From: Gemmatales bacterium
GTDB lineage: Bacteria > Planctomycetota > Planctomycetia > Gemmatales > HRBIN36
Length of the DNA stretch: 64,000 nucleotides
Direction of reading: 5' to 3'
Assembly (NCBI GenBank): GCA_041640595.1
Contig: JBEPZY010000009.1
Coordinates: 1 to 64,000, forward strand
Numbering within the stretch: position 1 is the first letter of the stretch; each line of letters opens with the position of its first letter. The notes beneath the pieces were generated by a model. It made no database searches and was not told where the DNA came from. It worked only from the letters and a program-made list of their open reading frames with translations. The position numbers and the translations under genes were made by a program. Shown in pieces: positions 9,826 to 20,724 of this stretch.

Positions 9826-12813
9826 TCAAGGTTGGCGTAACCAGGCGATCAGGTCAGCCAAGTCCTGACGCGATAATGTCTGTTCTAATCCTTCCGGCAT
9901 CAAGGAGAGGGAGGTGGCGCGAATTTCGGAAATTTCCGAGCGTGGGATTTCGTCGCGTACAGCCTCGGCACGGAGCAGGACGATTCGGCTTGCGGTTTCT
10001 GTAGCCAGAATGCCGGTATAAGTCAGTCCGCTGATAGTTTCGACGACATAAGTAGCATAGTTAGGGGCAACAGCAGCGTTGGGATCGAGGATATCCTCCA
10101 GCAATTGTTCGGGAGGTCGGCCGCGTACATCATCTAAGTTAGGACCTACAGCGATGCCCGTGCCGTTGCGCTGGTGACACTGAGCGCAGTGTTTGCGATA
10201 GAGTTCTTGACCACGGGCAGGATTGGCGGGCAAGCTAAGCACATCCTGATAAGCGCGGAGCAGTTCGCGGCGGGGTGTTTCGCGGCCCAGGAGTTTTTCG
10301 ACGCGTTCGCGCAGTTCGGCAGGCGCCACATTGCGCAACTGCTGACGCCGCCTGCTATCCAGATCGCCGGGCCGCAATTCGCCTTTTTCCAGAGCATCCA
10401 CAATCCAGGGTGCTGCCGTTTTAGTCCGGAATAAAACCTCTAACGCTTCGGCACGCACTCCGGGGCTTAGTTGCGATAAGCGTGCCAGGATTAATCGGGC
10501 CCTGGTTTCGTCTAAGTCCCGACCGAGGGCCTGGACGGCGGCTAACTGTAATTCACTGGCATAACGTGCCTGGAGAAATTCTGCTGCCAGGGACGGAAGT
10601 TCAGCCGGCGACCAGATGCTTAGAAATCTTAGAGCTGCAACCTGCTCGCTTATAGAAGCCTGGTTCTGCTGCAGGGTTGTTTTCGCCTGACTGTGCAGAC
10701 GATGAAAATGTTCGCGTAACACACCGGATTTCTGCGCAAGCAGGGCAAAGGGATTCTTTCGTGCCTGACCTTCAGCTACCGAGGTAACCAGGGCGAGCTG
10801 GTCTCCCAGAGGCAGGTCGGGAGATAAGGTAAGTTCGAGGAACCGAGCTATCTCCGGCGTTTGCTGGCGAGCGCCGATTAATCTGCCCAGACCGGTGAGC
10901 AGGCTAAGTCGGCCGGGACAATTAGACTGTAAAAATCGCTGCCCGGACATCAAGGTCTCGACAAATGTTAGAGGTTGCTTTCCGACAGCAGTGAGGATGG
11001 CCAGACGCACCCACTGGTCTTCTGGATCCTGACGGGCAATTTCGGCAAGGGCGGGATATGCTTTATCCCGCGGCATTTCGCCCAGACTTAGGGCCAGCTG
11101 AAACCTTATGCGCTGGTCCGGATCGCGCACTAATTTGAGCACTTGTTCCTGCAATCGGGGTGATTGACTTAGTCGAGGTTCCGCGAGAATCAAGGCGTTT
11201 TCACGTAAACCAACTTCGTAGTGAGTCAGGGCGGAAATAATCAACTCCTCTGGCAAGGAGCTCAATCCTTCCAAGGTCCACAGGGCACGCAGGCGGGTTT
11301 GCGGATCCGCATGGGTACGAGCAAGCTCCTGTAGAGTCGGCACCACCGACTTATCCTGCCGTTCATAAAGGAGTCGCTGGGCTGTATTACGCCGCCAGAT
11401 GTTAGGATGACCGAGCTCCTGTACGAGTTGCGCACTCGACATCCGTTGCAGATCGGGGTAGTTCCAGGAATTGAAGTGTTCGGGAACGATACGGTAAATA
11501 CGGCCGCGATCCTCTCCCGCACGCAAATTGAGGCGTTTTTGCACTTCCGGGGGAATCCATTGTGGATGTTCGACAACAGCCCGGTAGAAGTCAGCGATAT
11601 AGAGAGCGCCATCCGGACCGGTGCTGATATAGACAGGTCGGCACCAGGGATCGCGTGCGGCGAAAAACTCGCAATCGTTATCAGTTCGCTGAGCCACGAA
11701 CGAGGAACCCCGAGGCACAATCCGGCAGCGATGGACTAAATTATGTACCGGTTCGCAAGTATAGGCACAACCTTGATACTCGGCAGGGAGTAAATCCCCT
11801 AAGTAAATATGCACACCGCAGGCCGATGTAAAGTGCCCGGTATGCGTATAGTCGTTGAACCGTTCGCCGGGTTGACTCAGTGGAAAAACCTTAGCCCCCA
11901 CCGGACCATATTCAGCAATGTTAATAACCGGGCTGATTAGAGCTAGGTCGGGTATTCGCCGTAAATAACGTTCCTGGACCTGCACGAAGCGGATATGGAC
12001 GCGATTGTTGCAGATAAATCGCCGGCCCCAGGCATCGAAGGCCTGGCCGAACTGCGACTGGCCACTGATTGGCTCAATCTCGCGGGTATCCGGGCGGAAT
12101 CGAAAATCGCGGCCGCGAATCTCCACCGGCGGTCGGTCGGGTTGATCAGGAGCGCGAATCACGCCGCCGCTGTCGCCATTACAACCGTAAATCCAGTTAT
12201 CCAATCCCCACACTAAGCCGTTGACACGATGCTGCGGGTTGCCTTCGTGGAAACCGGTAAAGAGCACCTGCTTAATGTCCGCCCGGCCGTCACCGTCCCG
12301 GTCTTCCAGGTACCAGATATTAGGGGCAGCGGTGACCAGGATACCATTACGCCACGGAAATACGCCGTCGGGAAAAGGCAAACCGTCGGCGAAGATAGTC
12401 ACCCGTTCTACCTGCCCGTTGCCACGAATGCCGTGTAACAGCTTGATTTTGCCTCCGGGCGGGCCATTGGGGTAATCGTTCATTTCCACGACATAAAGCC
12501 GTCCGGAAGCGTCCCAGGTAAACGCTACCGGATCGGTTACGTCGGGTTCCGCAGCAACGAGGTCCACCCGCAGACCTTTCGGCACGACAATCGAGGCCAG
12601 GGTTTGTTTCGGGCTGCTCGGTGGAGGAAGGCCTCGGGGTAGCCCGGTGGCTGGATTTTCGGCGAGTCCGCCATGCCAGACAGCAAGCCAACATCCCACG
12701 ATCACCATGCCGAACACGCTCAGCCCCGTCAGCTTCGTACGCCAAAGTACGCTACCGCACCCGTTACCGCGTGGCATGGGCAGGTCTCCTTGCATTGGCC
12801 AGGCCGATGGCAA
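9826..12813 (-). CDS. PVC-type membrane-bound dehydrogenase with C-terminal heme-binding CxxCH domain
   Basis: Beta-propeller N-terminus (VAAEPDVTDP, GPDGALYIADFYR), HEAT-like middle, CAQCH, VGPNL, SLMPEGLE. Exact start uncertain. Confidence 0.88.
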   Translation of the reverse strand: MPSAWPMQGDLPMPRGNGCGSVLWRTKLTGLSVFGMVIVGCWLAVWHGGLAENPATGLPRGLPPPSSPKQTLASIVVPKGLRVDLVAAEPDVTDPVAFTWDASGRLYVVEMNDYPNGPPGGKIKLLHGIRGNGQVERVTIFADGLPFPDGVFPWRNGILVTAAPNIWYLEDRDGDGRADIKQVLFTGFHEGNPQHRVNGLVWGLDNWIYGCNGDSGGVIRAPDQPDRPPVEIRGRDFRFRPDTREIEPISGQSQFGQAFDAWGRRFICNNRVHIRFVQVQERYLRRIPDLALISPVINIAEYGPVGAKVFPLSQPGERFNDYTHTGHFTSACGVHIYLGDLLPAEYQGCAYTCEPVHNLVHRCRIVPRGSSFVAQRTDNDCEFFAARDPWCRPVYISTGPDGALYIADFYRAVVEHPQWIPPEVQKRLNLRAGEDRGRIYRIVPEHFNSWNYPDLQRMSSAQLVQELGHPNIWRRNTAQRLLYERQDKSVVPTLQELARTHADPQTRLRALWTLEGLSSLPEELIISALTHYEVGLRENALILAEPRLSQSPRLQEQVLKLVRDPDQRIRFQLALSLGEMPRDKAYPALAEIARQDPEDQWVRLAILTAVGKQPLTFVETLMSGQRFLQSNCPGRLSLLTGLGRLIGARQQTPEIARFLELTLSPDLPLGDQLALVTSVAEGQARKNPFALLAQKSGVLREHFHRLHSQAKTTLQQNQASISEQVAALRFLSIWSPAELPSLAAEFLQARYASELQLAAVQALGRDLDETRARLILARLSQLSPGVRAEALEVLFRTKTAAPWIVDALEKGELRPGDLDSRRRQQLRNVAPAELRERVEKLLGRETPRRELLRAYQDVLSLPANPARGQELYRKHCAQCHQRNGTGIAVGPNLDDVRGRPPEQLLEDILDPNAAVAPNYATYVVETISGLTYTGILATETASRIVLLRAEAVRDEIPRSEISEIRATSLSLMPEGLEQTLSRQDLADLIAWLRQP

Positions 12814-12942
12814 CGATCTTTTCTAGTGAACAGCTCGCTTCGGGCGTAGGGTCAGGTCAGCGCTGGCCGACTAACGACCGGGCAAGAGCCGATGTACCGG
12901 CAAGCCGTAAACCACGAGCGTTTGATACGGTGGGCCGACGAA

Positions 12943-13563
12943 TTATTCGGGCGGCAGAATACCACGCTCGACCAGGTAGTCGAGCAGCTGAGCGGCAGCC
13001 TGTTGGGGCGAGATTTCGGCAGCGTTGAAAGTCAATTCCGGCCGCAGCGGGGGTTCGTAAGGGTCGTCAATGCCGGTGAAATTTTTGATTTCGCCTGCAC
13101 GTGCCTTTTTGTAAAGCCCTTTCGGATCGCGCTGTTCGCAGACCTCGAGGGGCGTCGCCAGATACACCTCGATGAAAGGAAGCCCGGCTTGCTCGTGCAA
13201 CTGGCGAGCGTTGTCGCGGTCTTTGCGGTACGGGCTGATGAAACTGGTCATGGTAATCACGCCGGCATCGGCAAACAACTTGGCCACCTCGCTAATCCGG
13301 CGGATGTTTTCCTCGCGGTCTTCGGCGGAGAAACCCAGGTTCTTATTCAGACCGTGGCGGATATTGTCGCCGTCCAGGACGTAGGCAAGGTGGCCGCGTT
13401 GTATCAAGGCATGCTCCACGGTATAAGCCAGCGTACTTTTCCCGGAACCGCTCAGGCCGGTGAACCAGATGGTACATCCCCGTTGCCGCAGCAATCGCTC
13501 TCGCTCCTGACGCGAAACGTGTCCTTCGTGCCAGGTGATATTGGTCGCTTTGATGAGAGTCAT
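12943..13563 (-). CDS. cysC: Adenylyl-sulfate kinase
   Basis: [46 protein letters not shown]. Confidence 0.97.
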   Translation of the reverse strand: MTLIKATNITWHEGHVSRQERERLLRQRGCTIWFTGLSGSGKSTLAYTVEHALIQRGHLAYVLDGDNIRHGLNKNLGFSAEDREENIRRISEVAKLFADAGVITMTSFISPYRKDRDNARQLHEQAGLPFIEVYLATPLEVCEQRDPKGLYKKARAGEIKNFTGIDDPYEPPLRPELTFNAAEISPQQAAAQLLDYLVERGILPPE

Positions 13564-13946
13564 GTCCGTTCAGCTCCGTGCTGGGTCGAGCGTTTCCGAT
13601 TTGGTGGCGAGACCACCGACATTTACAGTTGCCATCTCAATTGGCGGTAATTTTCGGCCAGATATTGACAGCGTCGCTAGGGGCCCTGCTTTTGGGTCTC
13701 CCGACAGCATCGGTCTTGCTCAGCGCCGGCAGCGCTCGATGGTGAGCAATTATTTACCTTTGCCTCGGCGTTTCGCCTGCCGCTCGCTTTTTCAGCCGGC
13801 AGTGCAGGGTGGTGAGCGGTGGCGAATCGCTCAGCCACTGGCCAGGCGCTTTGCACCCAAGAATGCCGATGCGAACACAACATATTATCGCTCGCCGACG
13901 TTTCCAGCAAGACAAAGCACCGCCGAAGAGGGTCTGGCTGAACGGG

Positions 13947-15194
13947 TTAGCGACGGAAAAGGAGCAGATAGACGTTCAGCGCCATGCTCAAAAACAGCAA
14001 AGCGATCCAGACCAGGGGATAGCGGGAGGTTTTGGGCGGCTCGTAAGCGACATCGCGGGCTTCGGTCTTGGCGAGCTCTCCTTCGGCCAGGGTCTTGAGA
14101 GCTTCGAGGCGTTGCTGTTGCCGGGAGGAAGTTTCCTGGGCAAGCTTGGGTGGCTCGCCGCGTAACAGACATTCCAGGTCGACAATGACACCGGCCGGGG
14201 TGTGGTAACGCTTTTCCCGTTCTTTGGCCATCATCCGTTCGATAACCTCGCAAATGCCAGGAGACAGGTCGGGATTGATCTGATCGGGTGGTTTGGGTTT
14301 TTCCTTCAAATGGGCCATCAGCACTTTACGGACGTCGGAATAGGGAAAAGGTGGTTGACCGGTAACCATGTGGTAGAGAGTGGCTCCCAGGGAGTAGATG
14401 TCGGCGCGAATGTCCGGTTCGGTTTTAAGCTGGATCAATTCCGGAGCGATGTAGAATGGCGTACCGATGGTCAAACCTTTCTCGATTTTGTCGAGTTCGC
14501 GATCGTGGGTGTGGCGAGCCAGACCAAGGTCGGCCAGTTTCACGATCCCCTCGCGGGTCAGGATGATGTTGGCCGGTTTGACATCGCGGTGAACCAGACC
14601 GCGACGGTGAGCATGTTCGAGAGCCTGGGCCACCTGCAGGACGATTTCCACAGCCTCCTTTTCATCAAAGACGCGACCGCTTTCGAGGATCCGCTTGACC
14701 GTCTGGCCTTCGACGTATTCCATCACGAAGTAGTAAAACTTGCCGGCAGATCCGGCGTCAATAGCCTGCACGATATTGTTGGAACTGAGCCGAGCTGCGG
14801 TTTTTGCTTCCCGTAAGAAGCGGTTGATGTAACCGGGATTGGTAGCCAGGTGCGGCTTGAGAATTTTGACGGCGACGATGCGGTCGACGCTGAGTTGCTT
14901 GGCTTTATAGACGGCTCCCATCGAGCCTTCGCCGAGTTTCTCCATCAGCATGTAACCGGGGATTTGTTCGTGCAGTAACGTGTCCAGATGTCGCAACACA
15001 CGCCGACCCTGACTCACCGTCAGATAGCCCCGTTTCACCAGCTCCCGCAACACCTCCGACACCCCTTGCCCCGCAGGTAAAGCCTGGCGGCATTCCTGCA
15101 CTTCTTCTTCGGTAATCAACCCACGGGTAATCAGAGCGTGCAATAACCGTTCTTCTTCCAGATGAATCGAGGAGGTTTCGGCCTTGTCGGACAT
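13947..15194 (-). CDS. Hanks-type Ser/Thr protein kinase with C-terminal membrane anchor
   Basis: GEGSMGAV, VAVK, HRDVKPAN, DLGLA, GTPFYIAPE, DIYSLG. Hydrophobic C-terminal helix. Confidence 0.93.
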   Translation of the reverse strand: MSDKAETSSIHLEEERLLHALITRGLITEEEVQECRQALPAGQGVSEVLRELVKRGYLTVSQGRRVLRHLDTLLHEQIPGYMLMEKLGEGSMGAVYKAKQLSVDRIVAVKILKPHLATNPGYINRFLREAKTAARLSSNNIVQAIDAGSAGKFYYFVMEYVEGQTVKRILESGRVFDEKEAVEIVLQVAQALEHAHRRGLVHRDVKPANIILTREGIVKLADLGLARHTHDRELDKIEKGLTIGTPFYIAPELIQLKTEPDIRADIYSLGATLYHMVTGQPPFPYSDVRKVLMAHLKEKPKPPDQINPDLSPGICEVIERMMAKEREKRYHTPAGVIVDLECLLRGEPPKLAQETSSRQQQRLEALKTLAEGELAKTEARDVAYEPPKTSRYPLVWIALLFLSMALNVYLLLFRR

Positions 15195-15288
15195 GATCAG
15201 GGCTCCTGGGATAAATTACCACGAAAAAAATCTGCAATATTCTACCCTGCAACCGACGGTTTTCGGCGCGAAGCTGCTGGTTTGCGGG

Positions 15289-16212
15289 TCAGGAAATTGC
15301 CGAATCCTGAGGAACCGCCAGTTCCCGAGCGGCGAGCAAATGGGCCAGGGCAGGAGCCGAGCAACGCGGAGAATCGAGCAGCACCTGGGCCATTTCGTGC
15401 TCGATGAGTGGCGTCAGGTCGTCATCCGTCCAGCCGGCATCTTCGAGTCGGCGAGCCAGATAATCGAGGCAGCAATCGCGCAGGTGGCTGAGCCGACGGG
15501 AAATTGTCCCTTCGTGCACGCCCAGTAATTGGGCGATTTGCCGCTGGCTTAACCGATAGCGCCACCGTAAGCCGAGCAACAACAGCTCCTCGTCCGGCAA
15601 AGTGGCCAGCCAGCACGATGCCGCCTCCCGGAACACCTCGTGCCAGCGCAGTTGCTGAACGGGATCCGGTTCGGATGCACTCGTGGGCAGGGTGAAGAGT
15701 TCGTCATCCGGAAGGTGAGTTACCTGTTCATTAGGGGAACGGAGTCGAGAGACATGCCAGTTCTGGAAGGAACGAATCAGCCAGGGCACCAGAGGACGCA
15801 AACCGTCATAACGAGCCAGAATCGGTAACGAGCCCGGTGTCTCTGGTATTAACAAGTGGCTCCAGAAGTCGGCTAAAGCGTTTTCCTGCCGGTCGAGGTC
15901 GCGGGGGAAAAGTCGGGCCGCCCGTTTCCGCAAAGCATCGAGCAACAAGTGCTCCGCACTGCCAGCGCGAGCCGCAAACAGATACGCCCAGGCTGCCTCT
16001 TCGCCTTCCAGACAAGCCGCCGCTAGCAGACTATCCACCGCATAAACCTTAGACAGGTACTCCACCAGGGTCAGCCCCGCCATTTTCTCAACAGCCAGGC
16101 CAAACATCCGTCTCAGATGCTGACGAAATTGCTCCCGCCCCAACGTAACCCGCGGCAACTGCAAGCGAGCCAGGTGATACAGCAAATCCATACGGTTAGC
16201 CGGCCCTGCCAT
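15289..16212 (-). CDS. Atypical ECF-like sigma-70 factor
   Basis: DSLLAAACLEGEEAAW, a region-2-like ARYDGLRPLVPWL, and a region-4 HTH LSQRQIAQLLGVHEGTISRRL. Confidence 0.75.
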   Translation of the reverse strand: MAGPANRMDLLYHLARLQLPRVTLGREQFRQHLRRMFGLAVEKMAGLTLVEYLSKVYAVDSLLAAACLEGEEAAWAYLFAARAGSAEHLLLDALRKRAARLFPRDLDRQENALADFWSHLLIPETPGSLPILARYDGLRPLVPWLIRSFQNWHVSRLRSPNEQVTHLPDDELFTLPTSASEPDPVQQLRWHEVFREAASCWLATLPDEELLLLGLRWRYRLSQRQIAQLLGVHEGTISRRLSHLRDCCLDYLARRLEDAGWTDDDLTPLIEHEMAQVLLDSPRCSAPALAHLLAARELAVPQDSAIS

Positions 16213-16668
16213 GGTGGCGATTCCCGGTGCTCCTGGAACCTGTCCTCAGTTCTTGGCTAATGCCTGCGCCATTGTCTCGCCTGAGTTAATCGTAGCAATT
16301 GCCCGGCATCGGCGGTAGTGCCGCGCTGCGAATTTGGCGCACGCTGACCGATTCACAACGACCACAAGGCGAGCACATGCCGATTTGCCTCCGGCGAAGC
16401 AATCCGTTAGGGCCTGCTAGTTACCCCCAGTTTTCTCAGCCCGGCTGGCCCGTGAACCTCGCAGGTTGTATCCTGCTCTTTCAGCCTTATACTGTTCATG
16501 CCTGTCGCAAACGGCGACTTATTGCCCCGACCGTTCGGGATACGGCTGGAGAGAGAATTGCCGCCTGGCAACACTCAGCGAAAATAATCGCGGAGGCAAA
16601 CGGCATCGGGGCTGGATTAACTGGCACGAACACGACAGGCCTTGCGGTCAGCACCTTCCGAACATGAG

Positions 16669-16697
16669 AGCACGGCGGGCTTACGGACGCCGCTACC
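16669..16697. repeat. Single degenerate copy of the REP-like palindrome
   Basis: cacggcgggcttacggacgccgct resembles the array unit. Confidence 0.45.
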
Positions 16698-16783
16698 GTG
16701 AACGTGAAAAATCGGGCCGCGCAGGGCTTGTGCATTCCCGGTCTTGATGGCCACGAGGACGTAAGCTCCACTGAGGTACGATC

Positions 16784-17740
16784 ATGCGATCGGCGGAAGT
16801 AGTATGTGCCGGTGTGATCGTTGCCGATCATGTCTGCGCACCGATCCCGCGCCTGCCCAATCCGGGCGAGTTGATTCTGGCCGACGACATGTTGCTGACC
16901 ATTGGGGGCTGTGCCGCGAATGTAGCGGTGGATTTGGCGAAGATGCGGGTACCGTCCATCGTGGTCGGGCGGGTCGGTAACGACCCGTTCGGTACGGTAA
17001 TTCAGCGGATGCTGGAGCAATACGGCGTGGACACGCGGGGCATTCGCCTGTCGAATAGCCGCGCCACCAGCCAGACGATGATAATCAACGTCGCCGGACA
17101 GGATCGCCGCTTCATTCACATCTTCGGTGCCAACGCCGATTTCGCAGCCGACGACTTGAAGGAGTTTATCTCGCCGCAAACCAAGGTGCTGTATCTGGGC
17201 GGCTACTTGCTGTTGCCGGGACTGGACGACGATGCCCTGGCCGAGATTTTTCGCCAGGCCCAATCCGCCGGAACCCGAGTAGTGCTGGACGTGGTGGTAT
17301 CTGGGCCGGGCGATTACCTGAGCCGCTTGCGAAAAGTTCTTCCTTACGTGGACGTGTTCCTGCCCAATCAGGACGAGGCGGAAGTGATATTGGGCGTGCG
17401 TGAGCCCGTGACGCAGGCGGAGCGGTTTCGGCAACTGGGAGCCAGGACGGTGGTGATCACGATGGGAGGCGAAGGAGCGGTACTGGTCAGCGATCGCGAG
17501 CGGTATCGCGCCGGCGTTTTCGCCGTGCCGTTTGTGGACGGTTCGGGAGGCGGCGATGCTTTCGATGCCGGATACATTTACGGCCTGCTGCGCGGTTATG
17601 GCACGCAGGATTGCCTCAAGATTGCCAGTGCCCTGGGCGCCAGTTGTGTCCGTGCCGTCGGAACCACGCCCGGCGTATTCACCGAAGAGGAATGCCTGGA
17701 ATTTCTACGCCACCACGAACTTCCTCTGCAACCCCTTTAG
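16784..17740 (+). CDS. PfkB/ribokinase-family carbohydrate kinase
   Basis: GGCAANVA, GRVGNDPFG, PNQDEA, VDGSGGGDAFDAG. Confidence 0.92.
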   Translation: MRSAEVVCAGVIVADHVCAPIPRLPNPGELILADDMLLTIGGCAANVAVDLAKMRVPSIVVGRVGNDPFGTVIQRMLEQYGVDTRGIRLSNSRATSQTMIINVAGQDRRFIHIFGANADFAADDLKEFISPQTKVLYLGGYLLLPGLDDDALAEIFRQAQSAGTRVVLDVVVSGPGDYLSRLRKVLPYVDVFLPNQDEAEVILGVREPVTQAERFRQLGARTVVITMGGEGAVLVSDRERYRAGVFAVPFVDGSGGGDAFDAGYIYGLLRGYGTQDCLKIASALGASCVRAVGTTPGVFTEEECLEFLRHHELPLQPL

Positions 17741-17995
17741 CTTCGCCGCAGGTTTACAAAAACCAAACCACGGCGACGAATGCAACGACCGCACCGATTC
17801 TGACGCCCGACCGCGCCGGGCACACGGAAACCGACGGACTCGCCGCAAAGTGCATCCGAAACGGCGTGTGGCCGGCGGTTCGTGTTGGGCCAGCGATCGG
17901 CTTTCGCGATTGCTGACCAGCGCTGTCTTGCCGAAAGCCGGTATCCGGCAGCGCAACACTGGCACTAGGGAGTATCGGCTCGAACGGATGGTTCT

Positions 17996-20626
17996 ATGCC
18001 GACCGCAACCCGAAATTGGGGGACGATTCACATGGATTACCTCCGGGCGATTTCCGCGCTGGTAGCTTCCTGTATGTTTGCCGGTCTCACACAGGTTTAT
18101 CCCCAGCCGGGAAGCGAGCCACGCTGGTATGTCAGCACGTTTGAAGTGGAGGTCACGATCCCGATCGGTCATGCGTGCATGGGCGGAGGGGTGGCCAACG
18201 CAAAAACGGTGCGGGATCCGTTGTGGGCAAAAGGATTTGTCCTCGGTCGCCGTCTGGCCGATGGTCAACACGATCCTAACTGGCCGCCGGTTGTGGTGCT
18301 GGCGATTGACTGGTGTCAGCTCAATAACGACGCCTACGACCGATGTCGCCAGGTACTGGCACAGGCAATGGATACGTCTGTTCAGCGCATAATGCTGGCG
18401 GCTGTGCATCAACACGATGCGCCGATTTTCGACCTGCAGGCCCAGAAACTGCTGGACCAGCGAGGTTTGCAAGGCTGGATATGCGATGCGACTTTCTTTG
18501 AACGAGCGGTTGCCAGCATCGCCGAAGCGGCCCGAAAAAGTTTCCGCCATGCTCAGCCGGTGAGCCATGTCGGTTGGGGAGAGGCTCGTGTGGAGCGTAT
18601 CGCCTCCAATCGCCGGGTTGTCCTGCCCGACGGCAAAATTGCCTGGAGCCGCGGTAGTGCGTCCGGCAACATTTACGACGCTCCGGAAGGAGAAGTGGAT
18701 CCGTATCTGAAGATGTTCAGCTTGTGGAATGGCGAGAAGCCGATCGTGGTCTGGAGCAGTTATGCGGTGCATCCGATGAGCTACTACGGTCGCGGGGAAG
18801 TATCGGCGGACTTTCCCGGACTTGCTCGCCAGCAGTGGGAACGCGCCCATGCGGGAGTGATGCACGTTTACTTTACCGGTTGCGCCGGCGATGTAACCGC
18901 GGGCAAGTACAACACAGGCGATCCTGCCAATCGTCCCGAATTAGCGCGGCGGTTGTACCAGGCTATGGAGCAGGCCTGGCAGAAGCAGCAACGTCAGCCG
19001 ATCCGGGACATCCGCTTCCGCTGCGCCGAGGTGTTTCTTCCGCCGCGAGATAGCGGAGATTTCCGCATTTCCGCCATGAAAACCATTCTCGAACAACCGC
19101 CGGAAGAGACCCGGGCAGCTAAGTGGCGGTTAATTTCGGCAGCGCTGGGGCTAAGCTGGCGCTCGCGGCTGGCCGAGGGAAAACCCATAAATATCCCCGC
19201 TTTGGAATTCAATAACGGGCAGGCGGCCTTTCTGGTGTTGCCCGCCGAGACGTTTGTGGGCTATCAGCTGACGTTACAGCGAAGGCGGCCAGGAACGTTT
19301 GTCATGGCTGCCGGCTACGGTGATGGTGCCCCCGGTTATATCCCGACGGATATTGCCTGGAAAGAAGGTTATGCCGACAGCTATTGCTGGGTGGCACCGT
19401 TTTGCGAGTCAGTGTTACTGCGGGCCGCAGAACAGGCGTTGGGAGTGCTCGAAGAAGGCACCGGCAGCGGCGACGCGACCAAATCTCCGGGTCGAACGCG
19501 CGAATTGCCACGCATCGAACGCTATGCCTTGCTGCGTGGGCCGAACCACGATTTCTGCTGGTTTCATCCTCGCGTGGCAACTTTCCCCGGTCGAGAGGCC
19601 GGCTCTCCTCGCCAAGCCGTGCTGACACTGCAAAAGCATCTCGGCATCTCGGACTATTACTCCGGCCTTTATCAGATGCGGAGCAAAGATGGTGGGAAGA
19701 CCTGGTCTGGCCCGGTTGAAATCCCTTCGTTGGGCTGGCGGCAAGAAGGTGAAGTAACTCTCGCCGTTGCCGATGTGACTCCCGGTTACCATCCCCTGAC
19801 GGGAAAAGTTCTGGCCATCGGTACGCAGGTTCGCTACAGCAAAGCCGGTCGCCAGTTGGATGATGTGCCGCGGTTTTCGCCCACAGCCTACGCAGTTTAC
19901 GATCCCAAAGGCGACAGCTGGTCGGGCTGGCAAATTCTGGAGTTGCCCGCCGAGCCGAAATTTAACCTGGCTCGCTGTGCCTGTGCCCAGTGGGCCATTG
20001 ACCGCGACGGGAGTTTGCTGCTGCCGATTTACTTTGGCCCCAGGCATGGCGCACCCACCGGCGTAACGGTGTTGCGCTGCACGTTCGACGGGCAAAAAAT
20101 CACGTATCAGAAGCACGGCAACGAAATTCGCCTCGACACGAAGCGTGGCCTGGCAGAGCCCTCGTTGATCTGGTTCCGGAACCAGTGGTACCTGACCATC
20201 CGCCACGATGAACGGGCTTACGTTACCCGCAGTCGCGACGGTTTGCAATTCGAACCGATTATCCCCTGGCGTTTCGACGATGGCGAAGAACTGGGCAGCT
20301 ACAACACTCAGCAACACTGGTTGGCCGTCGGCGACCGTTTATACCTGGCCTACACGCGCCGGGGAGCGCACAACGATCATATCATTCGCCATCGCGCCCC
20401 GCTGTTTCTCGCGGAAGTGGACCCCGACAGGCTGGTCGTTTTGCGGAAAACCGAACAGGTTCTCATTCCGGAACGCGGCGCACCCCTGGGCAACTTCGGC
20501 ATCTACATGGTGGACAAAAACGAAGCCTGGGTTACCGATGCCGAATACTATCTCGGCAAGACGCCCCACGAGCGCGGCGCGGATAACACCGTCTGGCTCG
20601 TTCGTGTGTTCGCCCCGCAGAACTGA
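17996..20626 (+). CDS. Secreted fusion of a neutral-ceramidase-like hydrolase and a BNR/sialidase-like propeller
   Basis: N-half has HQHDAP, YAVHPMS, GCAGDV and GDGAPGYIPT. C-half has Asp-boxes SKDGGKTWS and SRDGLQF, plus EPSL. Start may be 18031. Confidence 0.7.
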   Translation: MPTATRNWGTIHMDYLRAISALVASCMFAGLTQVYPQPGSEPRWYVSTFEVEVTIPIGHACMGGGVANAKTVRDPLWAKGFVLGRRLADGQHDPNWPPVVVLAIDWCQLNNDAYDRCRQVLAQAMDTSVQRIMLAAVHQHDAPIFDLQAQKLLDQRGLQGWICDATFFERAVASIAEAARKSFRHAQPVSHVGWGEARVERIASNRRVVLPDGKIAWSRGSASGNIYDAPEGEVDPYLKMFSLWNGEKPIVVWSSYAVHPMSYYGRGEVSADFPGLARQQWERAHAGVMHVYFTGCAGDVTAGKYNTGDPANRPELARRLYQAMEQAWQKQQRQPIRDIRFRCAEVFLPPRDSGDFRISAMKTILEQPPEETRAAKWRLISAALGLSWRSRLAEGKPINIPALEFNNGQAAFLVLPAETFVGYQLTLQRRRPGTFVMAAGYGDGAPGYIPTDIAWKEGYADSYCWVAPFCESVLLRAAEQALGVLEEGTGSGDATKSPGRTRELPRIERYALLRGPNHDFCWFHPRVATFPGREAGSPRQAVLTLQKHLGISDYYSGLYQMRSKDGGKTWSGPVEIPSLGWRQEGEVTLAVADVTPGYHPLTGKVLAIGTQVRYSKAGRQLDDVPRFSPTAYAVYDPKGDSWSGWQILELPAEPKFNLARCACAQWAIDRDGSLLLPIYFGPRHGAPTGVTVLRCTFDGQKITYQKHGNEIRLDTKRGLAEPSLIWFRNQWYLTIRHDERAYVTRSRDGLQFEPIIPWRFDDGEELGSYNTQQHWLAVGDRLYLAYTRRGAHNDHIIRHRAPLFLAEVDPDRLVVLRKTEQVLIPERGAPLGNFGIYMVDKNEAWVTDAEYYLGKTPHERGADNTVWLVRVFAPQN

Positions 20627-20724
20627 AGCACGATTATTCACGTCAGGGTTGGACTGCCGTAAATCTCCCGAAAAGACGGCTACGTAAACGCCGAGCAGGC
20701 TGACCAACGCCGCCCCTGTTAGTG

